64,000 bases of DNA from Candidatus Doudnabacteria bacterium (GTDB lineage: Bacteria; Patescibacteriota; Doudnabacteria; UBA920), in contig PLYC01000010.1 in NCBI GenBank assembly GCA_003151625.1, forward strand, positions 4,283-68,282. The letters are read 5' to 3'. Shown here piece after piece: positions 47,009 to 56,458 of the stretch (positions within the stretch are counted from its first letter, which is position 1; each line of letters opens with the position of its first letter). The position numbers and the translations under genes are program-made. Below the pieces are notes generated by a model. The model worked only from the letters and a program-made list of their open reading frames with translations, was not told where the DNA came from and searched no databases.

Positions 47009-49588
47009 TTAAGAATGCCCCTTACTTAACCAATTCTCCAGATGTTTCAAGTCACGCTTAAGCCAAGCGTCGTTGGAATTAATTTTTTCCAGGACCTGTA
47101 AAATAGCGCGCTCGGCTCCGGGGGCTTTGCGCTTTTTAAAGAACTCGGCCACCTCTTTTGCGTCTCTTGCTGAAACGAAACCCGACGCCGGTTTAATGAA
47201 TCTGTTTAAAATGTGGCCGGAAGCCGGATATCTTTTTTGCAAGATGCTCCAATTCTTTTTAGTAAACTCCCAAGCCAATTTTTTCCCTGAAGGATTTGCC
47301 CAAACCGATGTAAAAATTTGCGCCGTGTCCTGAATACGAACGTCTTTAGACATTGCAAACTCCAAACTTTTTTTTAGAAGCGCCGGGTTGCTAAATTGCC
47401 CGAGCGCTCGGCCAATCCGGTTTTGTTCTTCATTTAGAGTCTCGGTTTTATATCGCTTGATAAAATCGTCTTGATGTTTTTTGTCTCCCTCTTGTGCCAA
47501 TATGTGATAAATAACGCTGCGGATATCTGCAGGGACTTGTTTGGATTTTTTTGCCAAGTTTATTCCCTCATTTAATGTCGGCCTGTGCTTAAAAGCGATC
47601 ATCTGGTGCAAAACCAGGCTTCGCAGCAAACCTTGAGTATGACTCTCCCCTGTTCTGGCCTGCCAGCTGACTTGTTTGGTAATTTTGGCTAAAACTTGTT
47701 GGCAATATTTTTCAAATTCTAAATAAAACTTTTGCCCATGCAGTAAGTTCCGAAGTCCTACCAAACCGCCGCAAAGCTCTACCCAAACAGTATAATCGGT
47801 CTCGTTCTCGAAAGCCGGAAGCAGGTTAAGCGCCTGCACAGTCGGAAGTTGTCCTGCTTCGGCCAGGGCAAACGCGTCCCTGACTATAGCCAAACGATCG
47901 ATTGCGGAAAGTTGTTTGCTTTTAATTGGCGCCTTCAAAGCCTCCAGCATTTGAGCGGGATAATCGACCCGATAAAACCCTGTTTCGCCTGGATTAAGTT
48001 TAATTGAATGCGTAGTCTTGTAATTGAACTTTTTGCTTGAAAATAAAAATCTATGCTTTGCATTTGTTTTAAAATTCTTAATACCCACTGGGATATCCCA
48101 AATAGTTGCATCGGCCGAATTTGATTTGGATAATGGCGATGAAAAAAAACGTGTTTGATGTAATTCCAAACCATTATTTTTTTGCACAACTCTTACAAGC
48201 GGATAGCCGGACTTTCCCGTCCAATTCCCCATAATTTTTCTAACTGGTTTTTTGGAAATTTTTTCGAAGGCGCTCCATAAATCGGTTGTGGACGCGTTTT
48301 GGTAAGAATGTTTTTTTAAGTAATAACGAAGGCCGTCCCGAAAATCTTTTTCACCCAAATATCCGGCCAACATTCTTATAACGCTCGCGCCTTTGCTATA
48401 ACTAATTTCGTCAAAAATTTCTCCAATTTCGTCGGGATGGTGAACTTCCACTTCTATTGGGTGGGTATTTTTTAAACTGTCCAATTTTAACGCAATTCCT
48501 AAATCATTAAAGGCGAACTGCGTCCAAACATCCCATTTTGGGAAAAGATTGTCGGTAGCTAAATATTCAATGTAGGAGGCAAAGCCTTCGTTAAGCCACA
48601 AATGCGTCCACCACTCCATGGTAACCAGGTTGCCAAACCACTGGTGAGCCAATTCGTGGGCAATAACCAAAGCTACCCATTGTTTGTTGGAGGCCGATGA
48701 ATTTGCGGAATCAACCAGCAAAGCCGACTCCCGATAAGTTACCGCGCCCCAGTTTTCCATGGCGCCGTGAGAAAAATCGGGAATGGCAATTAAATCCAAA
48801 ACCGGCAGCGGATAAGGTATATCAAAATATTTATTGTAAAATTCCAAACATTTTATAGCTGTGTCCAAAGCAAACTTTGCCTGATGCTTTTTGCCCGGCG
48901 TAACAAACACGCGAACCAGAGTCTTAGTGTAGCATGCCGATTTATCGGCTGTCTTAACTGGCTTTGTATATCCCTCGATGTATTCAAAATCCCCCACAAT
49001 AAACGCTACCAAATAAGTAGACATTTTGGGTGTTGGCTCAAACTTTACGGTTTTATATCCCGCGCTGTGTTCCAAAACTTGGCTCTCGATGGTGTTTGAA
49101 ATTACAGCCAGTCCTTTTGGCACAATCATGGTAATGTCAAAAATTGCCTTGTGGGCCGGTTCGTCAAAACAGGGAAACGCCATGCGGGCATCCGTCGCTT
49201 CGAACTGTGTGGTTGCCATATGCTTTACTTTGCCATTGTGCATATATTGGCTCCGATAAAACCCGCGCATCTTGTCGTTTAAAATTCCGGTAAATTTCAG
49301 CTTTAACTCTCCGTTGCCCTTTGGCAAACTTTTCTCAAACCCAAGCGTTGCCGTCTCCGCCTTTCGGTCGTATTTGATGGTTTTTACTTTCCACTCGTGA
49401 CCCGCCACCCGGAACTGAACTTCCGATATCTTTAACCCCTTACTGTGCAACGTAATTTCCGATGCCGCTTTTTCCAAATTCAAAAAAATTACCTCTTCAC
49501 CCTCAAAAACAAAACCCTCCAAATCGGGCTTTATGGTTAACTGATATCTTTCCGGTTTTATGTATGATGGCAGTCTAACATTTTTCAT
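47009..49588 (-). CDS. pepN: Aminopeptidase N (M1 family)
   Basis: GAMENWG, HELAHQWFGNLVTMEWW...LWLNEGFA (HEXXH-E zinc site). 859 aa. Confidence 0.9.
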   Translation of the reverse strand: MKNVRLPSYIKPERYQLTIKPDLEGFVFEGEEVIFLNLEKAASEITLHSKGLKISEVQFRVAGHEWKVKTIKYDRKAETATLGFEKSLPKGNGELKLKFTGILNDKMRGFYRSQYMHNGKVKHMATTQFEATDARMAFPCFDEPAHKAIFDITMIVPKGLAVISNTIESQVLEHSAGYKTVKFEPTPKMSTYLVAFIVGDFEYIEGYTKPVKTADKSACYTKTLVRVFVTPGKKHQAKFALDTAIKCLEFYNKYFDIPYPLPVLDLIAIPDFSHGAMENWGAVTYRESALLVDSANSSASNKQWVALVIAHELAHQWFGNLVTMEWWTHLWLNEGFASYIEYLATDNLFPKWDVWTQFAFNDLGIALKLDSLKNTHPIEVEVHHPDEIGEIFDEISYSKGASVIRMLAGYLGEKDFRDGLRYYLKKHSYQNASTTDLWSAFEKISKKPVRKIMGNWTGKSGYPLVRVVQKNNGLELHQTRFFSSPLSKSNSADATIWDIPVGIKNFKTNAKHRFLFSSKKFNYKTTHSIKLNPGETGFYRVDYPAQMLEALKAPIKSKQLSAIDRLAIVRDAFALAEAGQLPTVQALNLLPAFENETDYTVWVELCGGLVGLRNLLHGQKFYLEFEKYCQQVLAKITKQVSWQARTGESHTQGLLRSLVLHQMIAFKHRPTLNEGINLAKKSKQVPADIRSVIYHILAQEGDKKHQDDFIKRYKTETLNEEQNRIGRALGQFSNPALLKKSLEFAMSKDVRIQDTAQIFTSVWANPSGKKLAWEFTKKNWSILQKRYPASGHILNRFIKPASGFVSARDAKEVAEFFKKRKAPGAERAILQVLEKINSNDAWLKRDLKHLENWLSKGHS

Positions 49589-49640
49589 AGTTCAAGAATC
49601 TTAAAAACCTTGCGACCTATAAAATTCACGGCCGTGAATT

Positions 49641-50192
49641 TTATAGGTCATTTTGCAATAGATAATTTTTTAGTTTTTTTGTAACAATCCCACGGGAGTC
49701 AAATCCAAAGTTACCTGCGGCTTTCAACTCCGCAAAAGTCTTGTTGCTTTTTTTTGGCTTAAAGATTAGGTCAAACCCAAATCCTCCCTTACCCTTAGGC
49801 TTTACGATGTTTCCTTTGACATCACTTTCAAAAAAAATAATTTCTTTGGGGCTTTTTGCGTAACCAATTATCACTTTTAATACCACATTACTATTACCCA
49901 TTTTTTGGGTCAATTTTAATAAGCCGGCATTGCCTATAGTATCGTTAAACCAACGTATAAAAGGTCCGGGTAATTGCCCATTTAGACAATCTAAATAGAG
50001 GGAGTCGTCCTCCACAATAAAATGACCTTTATGCTTCTTAAAAACCTGATTAAGCTTATGGGAAATCACTTTATGAGGATCCAGGTCTTGGATTTCGTCC
50101 AATGGCAAGTTAATCTGCTCAACCTTAAGCGGTTTCAGATTTTTTTTAACTTCCAGGAACTTATTTTTATTTCCGGTAATAAATTTAAGCAT
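49641..50192 (-). CDS. rdgB: Non-canonical purine NTP pyrophosphatase (Ham1/RdgB)
   Basis: FITGNKNKFLE, and GFGFD motifs. Confidence 0.75.
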   Translation of the reverse strand: MLKFITGNKNKFLEVKKNLKPLKVEQINLPLDEIQDLDPHKVISHKLNQVFKKHKGHFIVEDDSLYLDCLNGQLPGPFIRWFNDTIGNAGLLKLTQKMGNSNVVLKVIIGYAKSPKEIIFFESDVKGNIVKPKGKGGFGFDLIFKPKKSNKTFAELKAAGNFGFDSRGIVTKKLKNYLLQNDL

Positions 50193-50193
50193 A

Positions 50194-50781
50194 TTAAGAA
50201 TTTATAAAATATTCAACCTTCATTGCTATTTCTCCAGTTGTCTCCTCAAGCTTTCCTTCTTTATTTTCTATAATTAAATCTATGCCCCTTGCTGTTTCAG
50301 CCGTTTCCTTTACTATATCATGGTCAATGCGGTATCTGGGAATCTCTGAAAATAGCCAACTCTCCCTAAGCTGCCCTCTAAAAACCCGTTCTTCTTCATC
50401 TGCCCAAACAAAAATTGAAAAACACTCTCCGCCGTTCTGTTTGGCCAGCTCCTTCAGTTTTTCCACAAATTGGGCGGCTATATTAACCAAGACTATCTCA
50501 TTTTTGAAACATTCATTTTTAGCTGTGCCAACCTGGTAATTATCATTTTCCCCAAAAAAAGCAAAATCGCCTCTCTGTTTCTTCTCATCAAATTCTTCCG
50601 AGGTAAGAAAATACTCATCCCTAACCTCACCCGGCCTCATTACTTTACGTGTCGTATAGTAATGGCTTTTATAAACCTTTCCTGGATGTTCGCCCTGAAG
50701 CCGGAGATAAAGCTCGTTGACAATAGTATCCTTACCGGCATTTGAAGGACCAGAAATTGAAATGATTTTAAATTTTCCCAT
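50194..50781 (-). CDS. gmk: Guanylate kinase-like P-loop kinase (start probably the internal Met; the track ORF extends to 50853)
   Basis: ISISGPSNAGKDTI P-loop, YYTTRKVMRPGEVRDEYF (compare TTRxxRxGExxGxDYxF of Gmk). Confidence 0.55.
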   Translation of the reverse strand: MGKFKIISISGPSNAGKDTIVNELYLRLQGEHPGKVYKSHYYTTRKVMRPGEVRDEYFLTSEEFDEKKQRGDFAFFGENDNYQVGTAKNECFKNEIVLVNIAAQFVEKLKELAKQNGGECFSIFVWADEEERVFRGQLRESWLFSEIPRYRIDHDIVKETAETARGIDLIIENKEGKLEETTGEIAMKVEYFINS

Positions 50782-51229
50782 GGCAGTCATTAAACTTTTT
50801 CCCGCTTCGGCACAGGCATGGCGGGTTATTTTTAAAAAAGTTTTTTGGGGCAAGTAGCATTGGCTGGGGCAGGTCGTTTAAATTAAACCAACCAACTTTT
50901 TCGCACTTGTGAGGCTCCATAATTTTTGGTATGCCCTTAAAGCTTTTAACCAAAAAATCAAGGTTAACATAATGGCTCAACTGCCCTTGAGGCTGGCTGA
51001 TGTTATTGTTTACCGCCCAAAGCTCAGCGTCGTTGATCTTCAAACCGGTCTCCTCCCTAACCTCTCTTTTAACACAGTCAATAAACGCCTCATCAAATTC
51101 CAAATGACCCCCGGGCGGCGCCCAAGTTCCGCCACTGTCGGCTCGATATTCAAACAACATCAAAACCTGATTTTTATTGTTGACAATATATACCCCAATT
51201 CCAACTTTTGGACGTGTTTTCTCCACCAT
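50768..51229 (-). CDS. Nudix hydrolase with a C-terminal SEC-C zinc-binding motif
   Basis: Nudix box GGHLEFDEAFIDCVKREVREETGL. The C-terminus CLCRSGKKFNDCHGKI closely mirrors the SecA C-terminal CPCGSGKKFKKCHGKNI (SEC-C motif). Confidence 0.7.
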   Translation of the reverse strand: MVEKTRPKVGIGVYIVNNKNQVLMLFEYRADSGGTWAPPGGHLEFDEAFIDCVKREVREETGLKINDAELWAVNNNISQPQGQLSHYVNLDFLVKSFKGIPKIMEPHKCEKVGWFNLNDLPQPMLLAPKNFFKNNPPCLCRSGKKFNDCHGKI

Positions 51230-51235
51230 AAAAAT

Positions 51236-51511
51236 TTATTTAACTTCTTCAACTTTTGGCATTTCGTCTTTTGTGGGTCTAAGCTTTTCAATGGCCGCGT
51301 TTATGCTTTTGCCGAATTCCTTGATTTTTTCCTCGTCGGTTGTCAAAAACTTGGCAATTTTTTCGGCATCGGCTCCCATAGCCAAAGCCACGGCCAAAAC
51401 CGTCATGGAATTGGAGAAAGTTTGGTTTTCCAATTGCTGTTGATGCATAGCTAATTCATACATAAACTTTTCTGTCTTTGTTGGCTCTTTCTTAACGTAA
51501 TCGTGTGGCAT
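51236..51511 (-). CDS. Hypothetical protein
   Basis: 91-aa ORF, helical composition. Confidence 0.35.
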   Translation of the reverse strand: MPHDYVKKEPTKTEKFMYELAMHQQQLENQTFSNSMTVLAVALAMGADAEKIAKFLTTDEEKIKEFGKSINAAIEKLRPTKDEMPKVEEVK

Positions 51512-51570
51512 TTTGTTAGTAGATAGTAATTAGTTATTAGTAATTAATACTTAGAAAATTGTAACTGCTT

Positions 51571-52010
51571 TCACTCTTTAAACTCATCATAATGCTTGCC
51601 GGTTTTTAAAGCTTGTAGTGCCATTTTTACCGGGGCAAACAAGGGCTTTGGCATTTTATCCAGTGGAAACCACGCAACTTCTTCAACTGCATCCGGCTCC
51701 ATTGATTTTGGTTCCCCTGAAATAATGTCGGCCAGAAAAATAAAATCTGCATATTGCTTACCGTCAAGCCACTGTTCATCCAAACAGACTAAAAATCTTA
51801 GGTTGCCAACTTCAATACCCAGCTCTTCCCGGTCTCACGGACTGCCGCCTGCGCCGGTGTTTCTCCCAATTCCACATGGCCACCGGCAGAACCCCACTGA
51901 CTACCTCCCAAAGCTTTTTTGCTTTTGCGCTTGGCAAGTAGGGTTTTACCTTCTTTGATAATAATTACCCCAGCGCCCACTTTAATTAGTTCATTAAATA
52001 TTTTTTCCAT
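51571..52010 (-). pseudogene. Nudix hydrolase interrupted by a 1-nt frameshift near 51836-51842 (pseudogene or sequencing error)
   Basis: The upstream ORF has the first half of a Nudix box, GGHVELGETPAQAAVRE. Shifting frame by one nucleotide restores ..RETREELGIEVGNLRFLVCLDEQWLDGKQYADFIFLADIISGEP..., which continues in-frame into the downstream ORF 51571..51783. Confidence 0.55.
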
Positions 52011-54753
52011 GGCATTTTTTAAACTTCTTTCCGCTGCCACAGGGGCAACGGTCGTTACGGCCAACGCCTTCGTATTTGGGGTCGCCCGATGGGTTTGACG
52101 AAGAAGAGACCGAACCGTCCGACAAATTTGTCATTAAATTCTTGGGTAAACTTTGGACGGGGCGAGGTTGGACGTTTACGGAAATGTGGAAAATACTACT
52201 GACAATTTGCTTGTTAATTTCTTTAAGCAACGTCTGGAACATTTGGTAGCCTTCTTTTTTATATTCCACCAGCGGGTCGCGCTGGCCGTAGCCGCGCAAA
52301 CGAACACTGTCGCGTAAATGATCCATAGTATCTAAATGATCCATCCACAAATTGTCTAACGCCTGCAAAGCCACATAGCGCTGGGCGCCTTCGAATATTT
52401 CCTTGCCTAATTCTTTTTCCCTGGCTTCCCAAATATCACTGGCCGATTTGTATAAACAATCAGCCACGGCAAAATCCTGGTCAGCGGCATTCTCGTATTC
52501 GACCTTGGCCTTTTTTTGCAACTCCGGGGTTACAGGAATTATGGCCTGCACCGATTTAAACAAATTGTCCCAATCGCGCTTTTCATTGCCGTTTTCATCG
52601 ACAATGTTTAAATTAAATTCCACCAACTCGGAAAGTTCGTCACGGACTAGATTTAAGATTTCGGATTTAAGATTTAAGGGCTTTTTTACCGTTTTTTCCA
52701 AATCGCCATCGTCATCACCGGTTTTTACATCCGATTCCAAAACAGGCTCCGTGCCTAAATAGACCCTACGTTTTTTGTAAATATGATTGCGCTGGTGGTT
52801 TAAGACATCATCAAATTCCAAAACGTGCTTTCTGGTGTCAAAGTTTAAGCCTTCAATCTTTTTTTGCGCCGACTCAATGCTTCTGGAAACCATTTTGGCT
52901 TCTATAGGCTGTTCATCGGGCAAGCCTAAAGACGTCATAAGGCTTTTCATGCGCTCGCCGCCAAAAAGACGCATAAGGTCGTCTTCCATACTGACAAAAA
53001 ATTGGGATGATCCCGGGTCGCCCTGGCGCCCGGCACGACCTCTTAACTGGTTGTCTATACGGCGCGATTCATGCCGTTCCGTTCCCAGAATATGCAAACC
53101 TCCTGCCGCCAAAACCAGTTTAGCTTCCTCGGGATCTACCGGGTTGCCGCCCAAAAGAATGTCAACTCCGCGCCCGGCAATGTTGGTGGCCAGTGTAATT
53201 TGTTTTAACCGGCCAGCCTGGGAAATAATGTGCGCTTCTCTCTCGTGGTTCTTGGCGTTTAAAATTTCAAATTGCAGTCCCTCTTTTTTTAGCACTTCAG
53301 CCAGCATTTCGTTTTTGGCAATGCTAACTGTGCCGATTAATATCGGCTGGCCTCTTTTGTTCCGCTCTTTTACTTCCAGCGCAATAGCGTTAAACTTGGC
53401 GGTTTCGGTTTTATAAACCACGTCCGGCTTGTCTTCCCTAACCATGGGTTTGTTGGTGGGAATTTGTTCAACGGTTAACTGATAAATTTTAAAGAATTCC
53501 TCTTCTTCGGTTTTGGCCGTTCCGGTCATGCCGGACAAAAATTTATACAAACGAAATAAATTTTGAAATGTGATGGTGGCTAAAGTTTTGCTTTCGGCCT
53601 GAATTTTAACGCCTTCTTTGGCTTCTATGGCCTGGTGCAAACCCTCGCTATAGCGCCGACCGAACATTAGCCGGCCGGTGAATTCGTCCACAATAATTAT
53701 TTCACCGTCGCGCACCACATAGTCTCGGTCTTTTTTAAACAAACCTCGGGCGCGCACAGCCTGTTCAATATGATGGATGGTGGTTACGCCTTTGGAAGTA
53801 TCATAAATATTCGGCACTTTTAAAATGGCCTCGATTTTATTTATGCCTTCATCGGTTAAGCTGGCGGCTTTGTGTTTTTCGTCAACCGTATAATCCTTTT
53901 CTTCTTCCAACCCGTCCACCATTCTGGCAAATTCATAATACTTGCTGGTAGGTTCGGTGTCGGGCATGCTAATAATAAGAGGCGTACGGGCTTCATCTAT
54001 TAAAATGCTGTCTACCTCGTCCACAATCGCGTAAAACAAATCCCGTTGGACAAGCTGGTTGGTACTCTGCACCATGTTGTCGCGCAAATAATCAAAACCG
54101 TATTCGTTATTGGTGCCATAAGTAATATCCGCGGCGTAAGCCTCGCGCCTGGAAATCGGACGCATATGCTTAACGTCTAAAACTAGTCCTTGGGTCTCGT
54201 CCTCTAATTTATCGATTTCTTCCTGTTCGGGCTTGTACTCCGGATCATATAAAAAAGAAGCCTCGTGCTGAATGGAAGCTACCGATAATCCCAAATAATG
54301 ATAAATTGGCCCCATTAAACTGGCCTGCCACCGTGCCAAATAATCGTTTACGGTGACCAAATGCGCGCCTTTACCGGCCAAAGCGTACAGAACCAGGGCT
54401 AAGGTAGCAGTGTTGGTTTTTCCTTCACCGGTCTTCATTTCCGCGATTTTATTGTTTGCCAAAGCCGCGCCGCCGATAATTTGCACGTCAAAATTAAATT
54501 TATCGATTGTCCGTTTGGCCGTCTCGCGAGTTAAGGCAAATACCCGAGGCTGAATTTTTTCCAATTCCTTTTTGATTTCGTTTTTTTCCGTTAAATCCTT
54601 AAGCTGAATTTTGAAATCTGAAATTTCTTTTTTGATTTGCTCCTGGCTCAAAGCCGCAACCTCGTCTTTAAAATCATTAACCGCCTCCAGTTGTGAACTG
54701 TAAGTCTCCAGGGCGCTTTTTTGCAATCCAAATATTTTTGATATAAATGACAT
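51994..54753 (-). CDS. secA: Preprotein translocase ATPase SecA
   Basis: 919 aa, DEAD-like motor motifs, and the C-terminal zinc finger RCPCGSGKKFKKCHGKNI. Confidence 0.95.
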   Translation of the reverse strand: MSFISKIFGLQKSALETYSSQLEAVNDFKDEVAALSQEQIKKEISDFKIQLKDLTEKNEIKKELEKIQPRVFALTRETAKRTIDKFNFDVQIIGGAALANNKIAEMKTGEGKTNTATLALVLYALAGKGAHLVTVNDYLARWQASLMGPIYHYLGLSVASIQHEASFLYDPEYKPEQEEIDKLEDETQGLVLDVKHMRPISRREAYAADITYGTNNEYGFDYLRDNMVQSTNQLVQRDLFYAIVDEVDSILIDEARTPLIISMPDTEPTSKYYEFARMVDGLEEEKDYTVDEKHKAASLTDEGINKIEAILKVPNIYDTSKGVTTIHHIEQAVRARGLFKKDRDYVVRDGEIIIVDEFTGRLMFGRRYSEGLHQAIEAKEGVKIQAESKTLATITFQNLFRLYKFLSGMTGTAKTEEEEFFKIYQLTVEQIPTNKPMVREDKPDVVYKTETAKFNAIALEVKERNKRGQPILIGTVSIAKNEMLAEVLKKEGLQFEILNAKNHEREAHIISQAGRLKQITLATNIAGRGVDILLGGNPVDPEEAKLVLAAGGLHILGTERHESRRIDNQLRGRAGRQGDPGSSQFFVSMEDDLMRLFGGERMKSLMTSLGLPDEQPIEAKMVSRSIESAQKKIEGLNFDTRKHVLEFDDVLNHQRNHIYKKRRVYLGTEPVLESDVKTGDDDGDLEKTVKKPLNLKSEILNLVRDELSELVEFNLNIVDENGNEKRDWDNLFKSVQAIIPVTPELQKKAKVEYENAADQDFAVADCLYKSASDIWEAREKELGKEIFEGAQRYVALQALDNLWMDHLDTMDHLRDSVRLRGYGQRDPLVEYKKEGYQMFQTLLKEINKQIVSSIFHISVNVQPRPVQSLPKNLMTNLSDGSVSSSSNPSGDPKYEGVGRNDRCPCGSGKKFKKCHGKNI

Positions 54754-54973
54754 TAAAATTAGTGCTTAGTAATTAAGGAATAGTGCTTAGAGTAAAGCAG
54801 ATACAAAGTATTATAACAGAATAGGCGATAAATAAAAAGGGGTTCGAAGCATAATAAATGTCTTTCAATTTTGATAAAATTTTGGCAAATTGAAGGCGGG
54901 GTTGGAATAAAATTAATATCTTTTATTACTTTACCCCGCCGCTTTGCCTTCTCGCTTCCAAGTGCATCGGCGC

Positions 54974-55249
54974 TTAGACAACGCTTTCAGCGACTGCCTT
55001 CGCTTCCGGTCTGCATAACAGCAGGTTCAGCGATACAACCATTGAAGGTTTGTTGCATGTTGCGCAACGGGTTGTGTGGCCGGCTCCGGTCAGGTGTAGG
55101 CAGTCCTCGAACAACCACACAATACCAGGCGCGCCGCCTTTGAGCTTATCCAGCAAGCTCTGTTGGTTTCTGTCGAGGACGACAAGAGCCTCCAGCCTTT
55201 GGACAACTTCTAAGTACTTTACCGCTTGTTGCTGCGTAGCAGGTGACAT
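54974..55249 (-). CDS. Small ORF X3 in the GC-rich cassette (91 aa, perfect AAGGAG Shine-Dalgarno)
   Basis: ccttAAGGAGaaacgATG; the protein has a Cys/His cluster HTTRCATCNKP. Compositionally distinct from flanking genes. Confidence 0.3.
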   Translation of the reverse strand: MSPATQQQAVKYLEVVQRLEALVVLDRNQQSLLDKLKGGAPGIVWLFEDCLHLTGAGHTTRCATCNKPSMVVSLNLLLCRPEAKAVAESVV

Positions 55250-55509
55250 CGTTTCTCCTTAAGGATGTAATTGCCGGGATTAGCCGACTCAAACTAAAAA
55301 ACTTCCGCCTTCGTTAAGGTCGGAAGTTCGGAGTCGATGAGGGTTTTACGCTTTGTTTATCAACTCAAAATTTCCAAGCTCAACGCCCAGCGTAAAATAA
55401 AAATAGAAATTTTGAGTTAAATTATGCATTTCCATTATTTTAGCAGGTTTGTATATATTGTCAAATTATGTACTGTTGTCAAATTATTAAAGAGGAAGCC
55501 GCCCGCCTC

Positions 55510-55698
55510 CTATGTTCCGGATTTGGGCGGCTTTTGCTTGCGAGGTTTGAACCCGAATCTCTTCCTAAAGGAAGAAACGGTCATTTTCTCCGACGTGAGA
55601 TCCGTGGAAGCCCCTGCGTACAGGGTTTTCCTCCGGTAAGTTACGGTCAAACTGCCGCTTGGCAGCCATTCGTAGTTATGAAGTTCGCAGCTATTCAT
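55510..55698 (-). CDS. Small ORF X2 in the GC-rich cassette (62 aa, GGAGGG Shine-Dalgarno)
   Basis: ctGGAGGGtctATGaat; basic C-terminus RKRFGFKPRKQKPPKSGT. Confidence 0.25.
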   Translation of the reverse strand: MNSCELHNYEWLPSGSLTVTYRRKTLYAGASTDLTSEKMTVSSFRKRFGFKPRKQKPPKSGT

Positions 55699-55928
55699 AG
55701 ACCCTCCAGTCCGTGCGACAAGCCAGCACTCTTGTTCGCGATGTAAATTTGTGCTGGTGATTAAGCAATTAAGTGCCCAATCATCAAAACAAATCTTGGG
55801 GGTGAAGAAGGTCACCCCGGCCTTTGACTACAGTGCAAAGCACGAATTGATGAAATCAGTCGTTTGTGCGTCATTTATTTTTCGTTGAAGGCCCTCTACG
55901 CATCGGAGGCAAGACATTTTCCCTGTTG

Positions 55929-56088
55929 TCAAACAGTCCATTGAATATTCACGGCCTTTTCTGCTCTACTTGACTGCCGATTACGATTTGCGTAGTTACC
56001 ATATGTTTTTCGGTATTGTCGGCTCATTGCCGTAAATCGAAACTGCTCTTGTTCGAATTGTGTTTTAAGCTGTGCCAATGTAGACATC
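55929..56088 (-). CDS. Small ORF X1 in the GC-rich cassette (52 aa, AAGGAG Shine-Dalgarno)
   Basis: ccAAGGAGaacagATG; preceded by the palindrome tgcaaatatttgca at 56221-56234. Confidence 0.25.
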
Positions 56089-56340
56089 TGTTCTCCTTGG
56101 GCGAGCGGCTGCCAGCGCGCAATAATCCGCTCTGTAGTGTTTGCGCTGGCGAGGCATCCCAAATAAAAAGGAGGCGGCGTCAGTGCAAATAAAAAACACC
56201 CTTGGGCAAAACCCGCGGGTGCAAATATTTGCACTTTTGAAGGGCTTGCCTAGGAGGCCACCCACCAAACTAAGTTAATACTTTGTGACAAAATCTTCAT
56301 ATCTGTATACTATACCAATGTGGATCCTTTGTCAACTACT

Positions 56341-56352
56341 GTACTAGTACAC
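56341..56352. promoter_or_regulatory. TrpR-type operator palindrome TGTACTAGTACA (distal copy)
   Basis: A perfect 12-bp palindrome embedded in the 23-nt direct repeat ctactgtactagtacactaatac. It contains the CTAG core of the Escherichia coli trp operator half-site GTACTAGT. Confidence 0.5.
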
Positions 56353-56433
56353 TAATACATACGATTTAGGCGACTTTTGATCCAACCAACAGGTTGTCCA
56401 CAGCCCTTGAAACAAAACCCGCAACGTGCTACT

Positions 56434-56445
56434 GTACTAGTACAT
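56434..56445. promoter_or_regulatory. TrpR-type operator palindrome TGTACTAGTACA (proximal copy, 14 nt upstream of the ATG)
   Basis: Second copy of the same 23-nt repeat, ctactgtactagtacattaatgc. Confidence 0.5.
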
Positions 56446-56458
56446 TAATGCTACGAAT

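Noticed and set aside
54974-56260. Interpretation of the GC-rich cassette as ordinary intergenic DNA
   Set aside because: Three ORFs each with near-consensus RBS spacing, flanking hairpins and a palindromic operator are too organised for a spacer, so it is kept as a low-confidence cassette instead.
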